A stretch of DNA of 64,000 bases, from positions 51,956,001 through 52,020,000 of the forward strand of contig NC_043003.1 of assembly GCF_006345805.1 (NCBI RefSeq), written 5' to 3'. The first letter of the stretch is position 1, and every line of letters begins with the position of its first letter. The stretch is from Octopus sinensis (Eukaryota). The position numbers were made by a program, and so were the translations under genes. The notes beneath the pieces are model-generated. The model had not been told where the DNA came from. It searched no databases and saw nothing but the letters and a program-made list of their open reading frames with translations. Below, one piece after another: positions 25,480 through 39,050 of the stretch.

Positions 25480-25650
25480 CATAGATTTACATCAACGAAA
25501 TTTTCCTCAAATATTCTCACAAAGTGGTGCTCAACGTTGGATTAGTAGAGGACACTTGTCCAAGTTGCCTTGTAATGAGATTGAACCTGAAACGACGTGG
25601 CTGCAAAGCGAGCTTCTTAAAAACACACAGCCATACCTATGCCTATAGCT
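25480..25650 (-). mobile_element. SINE family B 5' half, degenerate
   Basis: GACACTTGTCCAAG...GATTGAACCTGAAACGACGTGG...CACACAGCCATACC. Confidence 0.7.
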
Positions 25651-26524
25651 GCACCTGTGCTTAAAACAAAAACTGCAGCTGATATAAATATATTATGAAA
25701 GATGGTTATAGACTTTAGAGAAGTAGTAATTCAGGGGAGATAAGTAATTCAAATTTTCCTTAAAACATAAGATGAGCCTTCCGTAAACCTGGTAGTCATA
25801 TTGTCTATTGAAAGAACTAAATTACATTGTAATAACAAACAAAAATCTACATAACCATGCGCGAAATTACACTGGCCTGTCTCGTCTCAAGATAATCTTG
25901 TATCCATCTTAGAGTGAACTATTTACGTTTGAGTTACGGCACACAATTCTCTCAATGTCAGCATTTTATTCCCCTTATCTAATTTTTTTATATATAGAGC
26001 CTCCCCTCTTTATATGATGTTTATTATGTCTCACACTTTAAATTGGATCTTTACGCTTGAGAGATAAGTTGGTCAAGAAAATCTCTTTCACTTGTATGTA
26101 CAAAAATCCATTCAAGCGTCGAACCAATGAGAGTACCTCTACGTAGTAGGCTAACACGTTAGAAATAGCAGCTAAATTCACTTATATTACTCCATAAAAC
26201 CGGAAAAATGTTTTTGGACAATAAAACTATGAAGGTGGCCAATTAAAACAATGTGTGTGTATGATTTTACGTAGCGTACGTGTGCGTACAGATTATATAT
26301 ACATATATTTATATATAATAAGTGAAATTGTATGTAAGTTTTCTGTCCGTTAGTGCATTCATTATAAGTTTTTTCGTTTGTGCATTAATTGTACATTTTT
26401 TCTCAATTACCCAAGTAATGGAACACAACGTACCCTGGTTTTTATTAACAGCAAGTTGTACATAACAAAGTAAAAGCAAATTCTAAGATTTTCACAGCCT
26501 TCTGTTTTATATGACATTAAAAAA

Positions 26525-27000
26525 TACTTTCTACTCTAGGCACAAGGGTTGGAATTTTCGGGCTGAGGCTAGTAGATTACTTATTTCTTTACTACCCACA
26601 AGGAGCTAAACACAAAAAGGACAAACAAAGACAGACAAACGGATGAAGTCGATTACATCGACCCCAGTGCGTAACTGGTACTTAATTTATCGACCCCGAA
26701 AGGATGAAAGGCAAAGTCGACCTCGGCGGAATTTGAACTCAGAACGTAACGGCAGACGAAATACCGCAAAGCATTTCGCCCGGCGTGCTAACGTTTCTGC
26801 CAGTTCGCCGCACTAGGCTAGTAGATTACTGCAACTCTCAATGCTTGACTGATAGTTCTTTTATCGACCCCGTAAAGATGAAAGACAAAGACAACCTCGG
26901 CGGGATTTCAACTCAGAATGTAGAAGGAAAAGAGATGCTTCGGAATATTTTGTGCGGCATGCAAGTGATTTTGTCAGTTCGCTGCTTTTATATGACTAAA
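26525..27000 (-). mobile_element. Young SINE family A (26581-26810) nested in an older family A copy
   Basis: 15-bp TSD AGGCTAGTAGATTAC at 26566-26580 and 26815-26829. Confidence 0.9.
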
Positions 27001-27673
27001 TAATATCACCTTCCATACTGTTGTTGATATTTGGCACTAAGCCGCCGATGTCGAATTTCTCTTTCATCCTTTCGGAATCGCTAAAATAAATACCGATTGA
27101 GATTTTGTGCCCAAATTAGGAAGGATTATTAAAGGCGGCGAGCGGGCAGAATCGTTAGCAAAGCCGGACAAAGTGCTTCGCGGCATTCCTTCTCCTTTGT
27201 GGGAACGTAAACAAACCAATATCGATTGTGCACCAGTAAGGGGACACAAACAGAAGGATACACATATTACTTACATATGACACACATATGACACACACAT
27301 ATACATATATGCATACATACATACATACTTACATACTTACATATATACATACATACATTCAGGTATACAGACACAAACATACATGCATACATTCAGGTAT
27401 ACAGACACAAACATACATGCATATATGTACATACAACGTACATGAAATTCATGTTTGAAGCTCTGATGAAACTGTAAGATGTTACTCAGGCACACATCTT
27501 ACAGTGGAAATAGCCGTAAGCTAATGAAGATCATAAGACAATTGTTTATTAATTTGTCCTTATTACCGTTCTGTACTCAACCAACGCTTCGTTCAGAGAT
27601 ATGCGTATATTGAGTTCTACACCAGGTTATTAGTATCGCGATGCCTAAGCGAGATATTAAAGCACAAAAAGCA

Positions 27674-27674
<1 letters not shown>

Positions 27675-27766
<92 letters not shown>

Positions 27767-27787
27767 GTCTGTCTGTCTGTCTGTCTG

Positions 27788-27820
<33 letters not shown>
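27675..27820. repeat. (TATC)n-(TGTC)n-(TA)n microsatellite
   Basis: Direct reading. Confidence 0.95.
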
Positions 27821-28168
27821 TTCGTTTTTGTATTTGGTCTGCTAGATTCTTTATGTGAATTCGTATGTTGAAGCATGTATTATTGTGTCTAGGGAGAGTC
27901 ATTCTGTTTTAATGCCTTATTAATTAACACACTCACCGGTTCGATTTCCACTCATTTACTTATTTATTTTTTAATAAAATTTTCGTTGCTTCTTGCAACA
28001 TCTTCAATAGTCATTGACCCCGTCTGTTATCGGAGTCAATGACTATTGGAGATTTTGCAAGAAGCAACGAAAATTTTAGAAAAAATAATTAAGTAAATGA
28101 GTGGGATCGAACCGGTGTATTAATTAATAAGGCATTAAAACAGAATGGCTCTACAATGACACAATAAT
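27821..28168 (-). mobile_element. Fold-back element (arms 27879-28018 / 28035-28168) with hammerhead-like core
   Basis: ~135-bp inverted arms, 16-nt spacer, (TA)n both sides; minus strand TTGAAGA T GTTGC AAGAA GCAAC GAAA. Confidence 0.7.
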
Positions 28169-29639
28169 ATATATATATATATATTTCAGTTGAATTAGGT
28201 ACTTAAGTTGAAGCACCAAGTCATTCCGCTATTATCCGCACAGCTCGAACTAAGGCGAATAAAATCAAAATAATTACAAGTAGTAATGCAGTACGACCGT
28301 TTCAAGAGGCGCCATTTAATTGATCCATGCAACTATTGCATCAGTTTAAATGCAGTGCTATCTTCAGCTGCAGAAATTATAGAATTTTTTAACAAGTAGG
28401 GCACATTAATATAATATTTCTTAAATATTTTAACAGAGTAAGAAGATGGAAGAAATTCACATCGCTATTGTGGCAAAGTGGCTAAGAATAGACTACAATT
28501 TTCTAGAATCGCATGGAGCATAGTGGGGTCATTGGTGTCAGCTATATATATATATATATATATATGTAGCTGACACTTTAAATTTAGTGTCTTTGTGTTT
28601 CACGAGTTAACACATTTTGCTTCTGTCCTCTACATTCTCCTTGTGACTAAGGGTCTTTTCACTCGAAATATGAAGAGTATCTAATTTTTTTCTCGTTTAT
28701 TTTTTTCTTGGATGGCGGACCCAAGTAATGTACATACAAATATCACAGTACGACACAGTATGATTAAGAATGGCAAAACTCACTGAATGTGGAATGCTGT
28801 TTTTATTGACACAGACGCATACACACACATACATATACAGACACACACATAAACAGACCGCAGAACTATACGTACCACTTATTGAATACTGTTTTCTGTA
28901 ATTCGGTATTGTTAACTAATGATACTCCCACCCGCCTGGTTTGAGAACTTCTAATCGTCGCTGTATTTTATATATATTCCCAACTGCATTATCGTGGTTT
29001 TATAAATTACTAACAACTTTTTTGTTTATATATACTCGGCAACGTTCCCAGCAAGCTATAAACGCATACGTACGTACACACACACATACATACTTACATA
29101 TATACATATATACATACATACACATTCACAAACATACATACATGCGTGTGTGCGTGCATGCATGATTTCATACATACATACGTACATGCATACACACGTA
29201 CATACAAACACACGTACATACAAACTCACACACACATCTATATATGTATATATATATATACAGATACGCACAAACTGGTTGAGGTTGCAATTATACGATA
29301 TTTATAAAGTATAATGTTCACAAATTTGTATAAGATTGTTTATGACGTGGTGGAAACATAAGTTCTAACGTTACTTTATTAACTGATTTTTCTTTTTGCC
29401 GACGCAGACCACCTCCACTTTTCCTTGGACTCTTGTGGATTTTATATACTATAACTGTGCATTCTCTATGTGTGCGCGTATGAATGTAAGTGTGTATGTA
29501 TGTGTATGTGTGTGTGAGTGTGTGCTTTGTGTGAGCGGGGGTGGTCGTGTGAAACGACTATATTCAATTGTACAAGGGTAAAAAGGAAATCATGATAAAC
29601 AATATCCGGGCAACTTGATAGAAGGGAAAGATAAAAGCG

Positions 29640-29945
29640 GGAGGACGGGAGGTTGGATGAGGTTAGGTGGCGCTGTGAGTTAGCACAAGAAATGGATAAT
29701 AAGGTTTCAGTGTGGGTAGGTGAGTGGTTACGTACACAGAGAAGAAAGCAAAGATGTTTATAAGCGAAAGGGGTAGGGCTGTGAATTTTGGGATAGACAA
29801 GTTGGAAGGTGAGACGTTTGCATAGAGAGAAATGGAGATGTAGAAGAAGGCAGTGTTCTTAAATGAAGAGAATGGGTGAGAACTGAACTTCTGATGGAAT
29901 GAAGATATGAAGGACTTAGTGGTAGAATTACTAGGTTGAAGCAAC
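29640..29945 (-). mobile_element. Possible CR1/Jockey-type LINE 3' relic
   Basis: KNTAFFYISISLYANVSPSNLSIPKF loosely resembles the SFF.RT..LWN.LP..VFP...FK terminal motif; weak. Confidence 0.25.
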
Positions 29946-29989
29946 CGGATTAAATGATTTTTCAGTATTTATTACGTCTATAATCTGAT

Positions 29990-30095
29990 TTGTATGTGGG
30001 TAATATTAAGTCGTGTGAATAATACATTCACTTCGAATCTACGTGGTTTCGGGTTATTTCCTGCTGCGTGGCATCTTGAGTTAGTGTCTTCTCCC
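29990..30095 (-). mobile_element. SINE family B head fragment
   Basis: CGTGGTTTCGGGTTATTTCCTGCTGCGTGGCATCTTGAG...CTCGGGCCGA resembles the family B head; degenerate, orientation and limits uncertain. Confidence 0.45.
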
Positions 30096-30477
30096 ATAGT
30101 CTCGGGCCGATCTGAACTTTGTGAATGAAACTGAGAATGTGGAACTTCTTGGATGCACTGTAGTAATGATTCGAATGTCAAGTTTGTTATACAGTGTCAC
30201 GCTACTTCTGCCTGATGATTATGTTATGAATATAAGTGCTCTATGGCATTCTTAGTCGCTCATAATTTTACAATTAGTATTACAATTTTATTTTCAATAA
30301 TTACAATATTATTACAATATTGTTAATTATTGTAAAATACCAATATTATGATTAGTACTTAATTCCTGTGAGCGAGTAAGTGGATTACTCATTTGTCGAA
30401 ATCAGCATGAGATCTATTAAATTTTCTTTTCTTTTTTTTTTGTGAGTTTGAAATTCATCACATTCAGTTTTACTTAC

Positions 30478-30519
30478 CACACCTAAATTGGATTCGATAT
30501 CATAAAATGTATTTTCCCA
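30478..30519 (-). CDS. Weak candidate exon (42 nt, phase 0-0) WENTFYDIESNLGV
   Basis: GTAAGT donor; acceptor CTAACATCACATTAG with branch-like CTAAC but little pyrimidine tract. Confidence 0.25.
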
Positions 30520-30534
30520 CTAATGTGATGTTAG

Positions 30535-30870
30535 ATACATACATACATGTCGTGCATACATACGTTCAAGCACACATACATACATACGTGCATACATATG
30601 TACATGCATACATATATACATACATACGTGCATACATACGTAATGCATACATATATACATGCATACATGCATGTATACACACTTGCATACATACATACAT
30701 GCATGCATACATACATACATACATACATACGTGCATACATACGTTCATGCATACCTATATAATACATACGTGCATAGATACGTACATGCATACATACATA
30801 CATGCATGTATACATACATACATGCATGCATACATACATGCATGCAAGAATACATGCATATATGCACATA
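30535..30870. repeat. Degenerate (CATA)/(CATG) array
   Basis: Direct reading. Confidence 0.9.
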
Positions 30871-31389
30871 TGGATACAAGGTGCTGGAGGCCAAATTGTG
30901 ACTAATACTTATTAAGCGAGTAAAACCACTTCCTAAATTCCGTAAACACGTGCAAGCGTTCCAAAAGTCCAAGAAGATCCTGTGGATGAATTTGTATTGA
31001 GTGGAAAAGTGCTGCACAGCACTGACCTCACTTTTCGGCACAATCACCTATAACAATGGCATAAGAAAGTTTTAAACAACCAGAAATCAACTAAGCATCA
31101 GTTTTTTTTCATGAGTTTACTTTGTCTTAGAAGGAATTTCTTAATGAGAATTAAGGGTTCTCTCCCTTCACCCTCAGTGCTTCATATGCTAATTAACCCA
31201 TATATGGGACCCTAACAAGTGCTACTATCCCAGGTCAGAGTAAACCTGGGAAAAGTAGTGGTTAAGCGGTGGTTCCACACTCCTCAAAAACCTGGAACTC
31301 CTGTATCAGAGCCACTCTGCCGGATGCAGTTTAAAGTTGTACCCAAGACATACATACATTTACATGTGTGTGTATGTGTGTGTGTGTGA

Positions 31390-31440
<51 letters not shown>

Positions 31441-31541
31441 CGTGTGTATGCGCGTGCGTACGTATGTATTTGAATAGTCTTATCTTTATTGCCTGCTTCC
31501 GCTACTTAACTGAGCGTAACTTTGTGTACCACGGCCACATG

Positions 31542-31596
<55 letters not shown>

Positions 31597-31771
31597 TGGT
31601 TTCGTTTTACAATCTATTTTAAGTCTTAGGATTTTGATTATTTTGTTGCCTGTCTCGTTTTTTAATAATTTCCAAGACGCCTATTATCAGAAAGAAACTC
31701 ACTGCTTTCAGTTTTTACATTCTGATTATCTCTATCACCAGATCTTTATATCTGGATGTTTTTTCTCTCAG

Positions 31772-31792
31772 TTCTTTGAGCAATACATTAAG
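31772..31792 (+). CDS. Candidate 21-nt microexon FFEQYIK
   Basis: Acceptor GTTTTTTCTCTCAG and donor AAG|GTATGT; could be chance. Confidence 0.25.
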
Positions 31793-32199
31793 GTATGTTG
31801 AAACTGATGTGTCGTTCATGAGACATTTCTTTTCATGAAGTTAACTGACAATAATACCAGGCGGTTTTCGTCAGTTTCTCTACGTGAATTGGCACATACC
31901 AAAGTGGGGGCATTTTGAATTTCTCTGAAACCTATTGCAACCTATATTCCCTCCATATTTTCTCTCAAACCATGTTCATGTCCGTATTTTATGATGTCTG
32001 TACCATTCTCACCCCCATCCGGTATTTCACATTGCTAGCATACATTTCAGTTTATGAAAACTCAAACACTGCTATGCTTGTGCGCGCATGCGTTCATACA
32101 TGCATGCACACACACACACACACATACGCACACACTCTTTTGTTAAGACTGTGTGTCGTCAGGCGTTCAGTGCTCTCTACCAGACGGACAATGTGGTAG

Positions 32200-33510
32200 G
32201 CCGATCGTATTGAGAACTAGTTGAGTGAAAGAGCGACGATGTCCTTGAGGAAACTCTGAGCAAACTGATTGGGCTGTTCCGAAGAACTTTCTGCCCGGGA
32301 ACGACAAAAGGCTTTAGCCTGGCAGTGCTAAGGATTTCTGAAGGGGGCTCTGCCGGTTCGAGATAAACTCGACAAGCACGGAAGACCTTGTAATCGTTGC
32401 CTTAAAAGTGCAGCATAGTGATGAAGAGATAGCTCGCTTCCTGAAAGTTGCTCGACGTTTCGTTGTCAAAGTTCGGAAGGAGCTGGAAGCAGGTAATTTG
32501 GATCCAACATTAGCAGCTAAGCACAAAGCGCATGCGCAGAGTCCCAATACCATCAGAGCTCAACTTTATAATAAAGGTCTAAGAAATAATCGATAAATAG
32601 ATAGATATGCACACTTACATACATACATACATACACACACACGCACACACACATACATACATACATACATACATACATACATACATACATACATACATAC
32701 ATACATACATACATACATACATACACACATACATACATACATGTTTGTTGGTGTTCGCGCGCATAGATTCAAAAGAGAATCGTTCGACCCGTAAAAAGCA
32801 CTTACTAAACAAGTTAAAACACCAAAAGACTGGAATGCATTGTTTTTTTTTCTCCGATGAGAAAACCTTCAATTAGGACCAAAAGGTAAATCGAAGGATC
32901 GACAAACGGTTGTACAGAGACCTGAAATGAAGTTCCAACGGTCATGCATACTAAGTTCGCAGTAATTCTGATGGGTCCAGGAGTTGTCAGCAACGAGGGA
33001 AATGTCATGCTTCCTCATTTTTTTTCACAGGTCTTAAGAGTCAATGCCACTGTGTTATGCAGAGGTGTTGCAGAAAGCTGTGAGGCCCTGAATAAATAGA
33101 GCACGCAACGGAAGACAGTAAGCTTCCGATAAGATTCTGTGGTGTCTCATAAAGCTAAGACAACCCAGTTGTGGAAGCATGTCAATCTCCATGATCATGT
33201 TCTCCCAGACACATGGTCACCTAGCTCGCCAGACCTCAATCTACTGGACTAGTACGTATGGAACATAGCTGAGAGAGAGGTCAGTCAACACCTCCATATC
33301 GCCATACAGCCTCTCAAGTTAGCCAGAACCAAATCCCTCATAACCAGCATTATGTCCAAAATTGTTAAAGATCATCTGATTCGGGCATGATAACACTATT
33401 GGCCTCGTATTGATGCAATCATTGATGCCAACAGTGGATTCATTAAATAGGTGTAAGAAAAGGATTCTCAAGAATATTTGTACCAATTTGTTTTCAAATA
33501 CAGCTTTCTT
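32200..33510 (+). mobile_element. Tc1/mariner-superfamily (maT/DD37D-like) transposon relic interrupted by (CATA)n
   Basis: VIVALKVQHSDEEIARFLKVARRFVVKVRKELE; FFSDEKTFN (~32850); VVSNEGNVMLPHFF; WSPSSPDLNLLD*YVW (33214); many stops and frameshifts; TIRs not identified. Confidence 0.85.
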
Positions 33511-33646
33511 CTTCTTCTTCTTTTCTTCTTCTTCTTCTTCTTCTTCTTCTTCTTCTTCTTCTTCTTCTTCTTCTTCTTCCAATCAGGACTCACGCCATGT
33601 AGATATGCTCGCATGCACGCACACACACACACACAACACACACACA

Positions 33647-33700
<54 letters not shown>

Positions 33701-33830
33701 CACACAACACACACACGCACACGACATTGACCAATCCCGGCTGGATTTGTGCGAGAACACAAAACTCTGGGATTAATATCGCATGGTATTTCAGCAACGA
33801 GCTTGAATTCAGTGTTTTTCCCTCGTTTAC

Positions 33831-33927
33831 CAAATTACAGTTACATTCGCAGGGCTTTAGCAGTCCCATGACTGCAAGCATCTTTCCAAAGCGCGGTTCA
33901 GTAAGAACGAACCCGTAATTATCTCTG
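33831..33927 (-). CDS. Weak candidate exon RDNYGFVLTEPRFGKMLAVMGLLKPCECNCNL
   Basis: Acceptor CCGTTTTAG, donor GTAAAC, open frame, GC above background; unidentified. Confidence 0.25.
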
Positions 33928-34199
33928 CTAAAACGGTGTATTCCAATAGTGAAAAATATAGGATTGCCAAAACAGAGAACGAAATATCTAAACTTTTGCC
34001 ATGATAGTATTGATATGGTTGTTGCTATTACTGTTGTTGTTGTGGTTGTTGCTGCTTCAGTTGCTGCTGCTACTTCTACTGCTGTTGTGGCTTAGACCCA
34101 AGACAGACATGATTACGTAGACATATGTTCAAATGCATTCCAGTCGTAACGTTTCTATCTTTTCCAGGCACAGTATACATAGGATTGCATTATTCAAAG

Positions 34200-34390
34200 T
34201 GTCGGCGAGATGGCAGCATATCTTCCAGCTTTACGTTCCGAGTTCAAATGCTGCCGAGGTCAACTTTGGCTTTTATTCTTTCTGGGTCGATAAAATAAAG
34301 TACCAGCCAAGTACTGGGTTGATGTAATCAACTAACATCCCCTCTCTACTGAAAATGCTTACCTCGTAACAAACGTTTAAACCATTAATT
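34200..34390 (+). mobile_element. SINE family A with deleted head
   Basis: GAGTTCAAATGCTGCCGAGGTCAACTTTG...GGGTCGATAAAATAAAGTACC. Confidence 0.8.
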
Positions 34391-34859
34391 CAATGTACCC
34401 AATTTTAAGTCGGTAGAGTACAGCTTGAGGGAAATTGTCCTATTATTTCTAATAGTTCGAGTGGCTAAGGTTGAGCTTTTCTTCGTTGGCTTGTTGGTAG
34501 TTAATAGTGGGTCGTTGGTGGCAATGGTGGCGAAAGCGGTGTTGTTTTCCTTAGAGGTAGTAACGGCGATGCTGGTGGTGATGAGGCAGAAAACGAAAGA
34601 GGGGCAGAGAGGGAGGCTTAGGAAGAGGGGGATAAATGATGTCTTGGCAAGACGTAGAGATCAAAGAGAATTGACAAGTCCACACAGCAAGAGGAAATGT
34701 AATTTAAAAGTGCTTAAAAAGACAAAAATATGTGTATGTGAGTGTGTATATACACGTGTGTGCATGAGAGGGGTTTGGAAGAGGTGAGGACTCAACGTGG
34801 GCCGAAACTAAAACTGTAAACGACGAGGCAAAACTCAATCAATCAGACCAATTAGACGA

Positions 34860-35363
34860 AGGAACAAAAGTTTAGAAAGAAGCGAAAATAGATAGACAGA
34901 AAGAAAGAAGCAATTGAATAAAGATTAGCGAAAGAAAGCCAATTTGTAAGCGGGGGAAAGACAAAAACGTAAAGAGAAAGAAGGAAACGAAACGAAGAAA
35001 TGGGGGGAGGGAGCGATGACGGAAAGAGAGAAGTGAAGATACAAGAGAAAGAATGATGTGAAAAAATAAAGAGAAAGAAAGAACGAGAGAAAGAAAGGAA
35101 TATTGATAGTAGTTAGAGAGAGAGACAAAAAAGAAGCAAAAAATGGCTATGTAAATGAATGAATATGAGTATGAATGAATGAGAGATAGCAACTGTATAA
35201 ACTGAAAGATGTTTCTTGAAGTGTGTGCAACTTTTAACTTAAGACCACCCACATAGATTCAAAGAATTTTGACCGATCTTAATTGAATATGAAAATGATA
35301 TAATTATCGTAAGTGTGGTTTGAAGTTGAAGAGGGAGGGAGACAGAAATATAGATAGATAGAT

Positions 35364-35411
<48 letters not shown>

Positions 35412-35590
35412 AGGAAAGAGAGAGAATGATGGGAAGAATGAGAGAGCTGTGGAGGAGGCAGAAAGAGAAAAGAAGAAGCAGGAGTGGCGGAAAAGAAAGC
35501 GAGAAAGCGAGAGTGAAAGAAAAGGAACGAAGGAAATAAAGAAAAGAAAAAAAAATAAAAATTAAAAAATGTATATTTAAAAAAAAAATC
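34860..35590. repeat. Purine-rich low-complexity tract including (GA)n
   Basis: Direct reading. Confidence 0.85.
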
Positions 35591-36619
35591 ATTTTTTCCC
35601 GTCATGATAACAGCAACAGCTTTGTAGTATAATAAACAATGTTAAGAGTACGGGGTGTTTGTAAGAGGTGGTGGGGGATGTAATGGAATGATTGCGTGGT
35701 GAGATGAGGTACGGGGAGTGGAGACATAGCGATGGTGGATGTGGTGTGGGAGGGGTTATTTGGTGGGTGAGGGCTCTCGGTGGGCGTGGGGGTGATAGAT
35801 GTTTCAGATATGATATAGCTGGTGGAATTAATTCCTCGGAAGAAAAAAAAAAATTAATTTTAACAAATGAATTATATGTACATGCCAAGCATACAGTAGC
35901 ATGTTGAAACATACATACACATAAAATAATGCGCGTATGGGAATGTATCTGGCACACACATACACACACACACACATACAATTACATACATATACTTACA
36001 TGCCCTCACAGACATGGCGCATAATATGTTGGGGTTGGGCTTACGTACCAATTAAATACAAACATAAGTAAAATGTATTTTAAAATCGTCTTGGGCATGT
36101 TTTCGTTTGAAATATGAAAAATTGGTAGCTTAATTATACTACGCGCGCATACACACGCATATACATAGATACACATAAGCATGTATGTAAAAGTGCTTTA
36201 CATAAATACACACGTACCTACACAAGTAGATAATCAATGAAAGAAAAATATACATAGGTTATACTTCAACCTAAATATACACAATTAGTCGCAGAAATAC
36301 GTACGCAGTATCACACATACTCACACACACACACAACACACACAACCTGACATGTACAAACATGCGTACATAAACACTCGCACCGACACAAAGACACACT
36401 CATACACACAGAGGTGTATATATAACTTCCATGCTTATACACGGACCACCATGAGAGAAAAGATTTTCGAGCGGATTACTGTATGTAATTGCAGTAAAAC
36501 TAGAGGGGAATTTTATTCCCTCTTCACCACCTACCGACATCACTGCCCTCATACTCTTTTATTCTTTAGCTGGTTCCAGTCATTGGCTTGCGGCCATGTC
36601 AGAATACCGCCTAAAAACG

Positions 36620-37060
36620 GTTTATACCGATTATATCGAACGGCAGTTTTTAACATAATTTCTAGGTAACTAAAAAATTTTTAACTTCGTATAGTGGTAG
36701 AATGTGTTTATAAAACATCTTTTTCTCTTGGCTTTATTGAGAAAATTCTATAGTTTGTAAGATATTTGTTGTTTTTTTCGTTTTCAATTTCTGCAATTTC
36801 AACCAATCACTGACGTCTATTGAGTCAAAAAACATTCTGTGCCGTATGAATATGTCTCTCGTTAAAGAAACAGATTGGGTTTATTGACATTTGTGAAGAA
36901 AAAAAGATACCCTTTCCCCACTCCTAACCCTAACCCTAACTAACCCTAATCCTAAAACAGATTGAAATGCAATAGATCGATACTAGGGTCATAATTATGG
37001 GTGACAATTTCATATGACACCGCTAGATGTAACTGCCGTTCAAACCGAAAAGATCCCAAT
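36620..37060. mobile_element. Element with subterminal inverted repeat and (CCCTAA)n patch
   Basis: GAACGGCAGTT (36638-36648) / AACTGCCGTTC (37031-37041); CCTAACCCTAACCCTAACTAACCCTAATCCTAA at 36923-36955. Confidence 0.55.
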
Positions 37061-37175
37061 TAAAGAATAAATTATTCACGTTGCAAAAGCCTGTCCTACT
37101 TCTTATGCAAATTAGGCATGCCAATTTAATTTTGTCTGAGTTTGTGTATAATGTAAATAGCTACAAGCTGCTATA

Positions 37176-37208
<33 letters not shown>

Positions 37209-37465
37209 GCGCGCACTCTCTCTCTCTCTAGGAAAATATGTAAAAGATTTCTGATGAAGCCTTAAAAACACTGAAACTAGTCAGTTAAATTTCTTTTTCT
37301 GGCCGCGTAAAGAAAAAACATGACATGATTTAATCATAGTATATACGTATTATGTGCATACTAAAAACACATGCTCGTACGTTTACCTTACATCACTCTC
37401 ATTCTCTCTATGTATGTATGTATGTATGTATGCATGTAAGTGTACATATCTATCTATTTATCTAT

Positions 37466-37501
<36 letters not shown>

Positions 37502-37813
37502 ACACATACAAGCGTTTCGTGTTACGCTTAGAAACAATACACGTCAATACAACTTCCAACTCGAATCGAATAGAACAAACCACTCCAAATCCTAGTAATT
37601 GTATTTATGTAAATGGAGTTAGGACTACCTAGTTTGCACTGACATAAAGTCGTATAATATATAATAATCAAGTAAGACCAAGTAACGATGTCTTAACTGA
37701 GGAAGATTTTGTGTAAGAAGCGAAATTCCCTTTTCATTTTTTGCGTAATTATCTGAAACGTACGTATTAAATGCATATGATAGTTTCAAAATATTACTCG
37801 GTTTGACTTCAGG

Positions 37814-37860
<47 letters not shown>

Positions 37861-38049
37861 CGTGTGCGTGTGTGTATATATTATTATTATCATCATCATC
37901 ATCATCATAATTAGTATTATGGAACAAGAACAGGCAACAACAAAACATTCGGACAGTTAGACAATACAAAGAAGGACAGGGAAATACAAGGACGGGTCAT
38001 TCGGAGCTTTCAATCTTCAGTCGAGTACCAGATCGTCTTTGCAGTTCCG

Positions 38050-38215
38050 GCCGCTCAGTGGTTAGAGCGTCAGACTCACAGCCATGTGTTGTGTTCTTGA
38101 GTAAGGCACTTTATTTCACGTTGCTCCGGTCTACTCGGCTGCAGAAACGAGTTGCGACGCCATTGGTGCCAAGCTGTATCGGCCTTTGCCTTTCCCTTGG
38201 ATAACAACGGTAGCG
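38050..38215 (+). mobile_element. SINE family C with internal deletion
   Basis: CTCAGTGGTTAGAGCGTCAGACTC head; GTGTTCTTGAGTAAGGCACTTTATTTCACGTTGCTCC core. Confidence 0.75.
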
Positions 38216-38396
38216 CATGGCTAATCTAAAAGTTAAACCCAGCGGACCAGTTCAAATTTTCTAACACCCACCACCAAGAGAATTATCGAATTATTTTATT
38301 GCTAAATATGCAAATGGTTGTTGTTAATAGAAATTCAAACTCGCCGGTTTCAAATCCCCGTAAACATATACAATTTTATTACAACCATTTTTGTTT

Positions 38397-39050
38397 CTAT
38401 ACACTTTCAAAAATGGTAGACGAAAACCTATGGCTGCACAAAGAGATCACCTCAGTAAATTTATTTAAAGTTTTTGACCCCAAAGACTTAAGGATGGCAA
38501 GGGATTCCCTTACCCATAACTTACACTTATTGATATTTATTCTGAAGTAAGGGGCCCTCGAAATAACGGATCATTCAAGAGAATATCTTTTCTTATTCCT
38601 CTTTAAACCGTGTATATAAGAAGCAAGTGTAGTAGAATTGCAGTATTTTTCGTTCGAAAACGAATTCATATGGGCCATATACCTAACTTTAAAATTTACC
38701 GTACTGCCTATATAAAATTTATCTAAATTACCCTCCTCTTTAACAACGCATTTATATATTGCATTAGCTAATGAGACAGAACCCATCAATGGGGCATAAC
38801 CCAGGGTTTCTACAATTACATGATTTGCCAGAGCCATCCCTAACCTTATTGTTACTACCAGCATTATTCACCTGGCCTCCCACATTCTTTCTTTCACCTA
38901 TCTCATTACTGGGGTTTGGTACGACCGGTGGGAGCGATAAATCTGCCATCAAAATTCTCTTACTCAGTAATGCCAAATTTTGCCTCCTTTATTGCATCTA
39001 TTAATAGAAACAAGTTAAGTGGGCAAGGGCATTGAATGTGTTTTTCTACT
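38397..39050 (-). mobile_element. Penelope-like element, GIY-YIG endonuclease C-terminal region (decayed)
   Basis: KSCNCRNPGLCPIDGFCL (Cys motif), IYKCVV...KFYIGSTVNFKVRYMAHMNSFSNEKYCNSTTLASY, then *SVISRAPY...CKLWVRESLAIL...LNKFTEVISLCSH; one frameshift and stops. Confidence 0.85.

Noticed and set aside
27463-27525. CTGATGA + 12-bp stem + GAAA hammerhead candidate
   Set aside because: No U opposite A15.1 and no stem I pairing; at most a dead relic.
13077-33927. Joining the minus-strand candidate exons gave a vaguely methyltransferase-like peptide (LTEPRFG...LLKP)
   Set aside because: Motif spacing is wrong, no SAM-binding motif was found, and the splice chain is unverified; not supportable.
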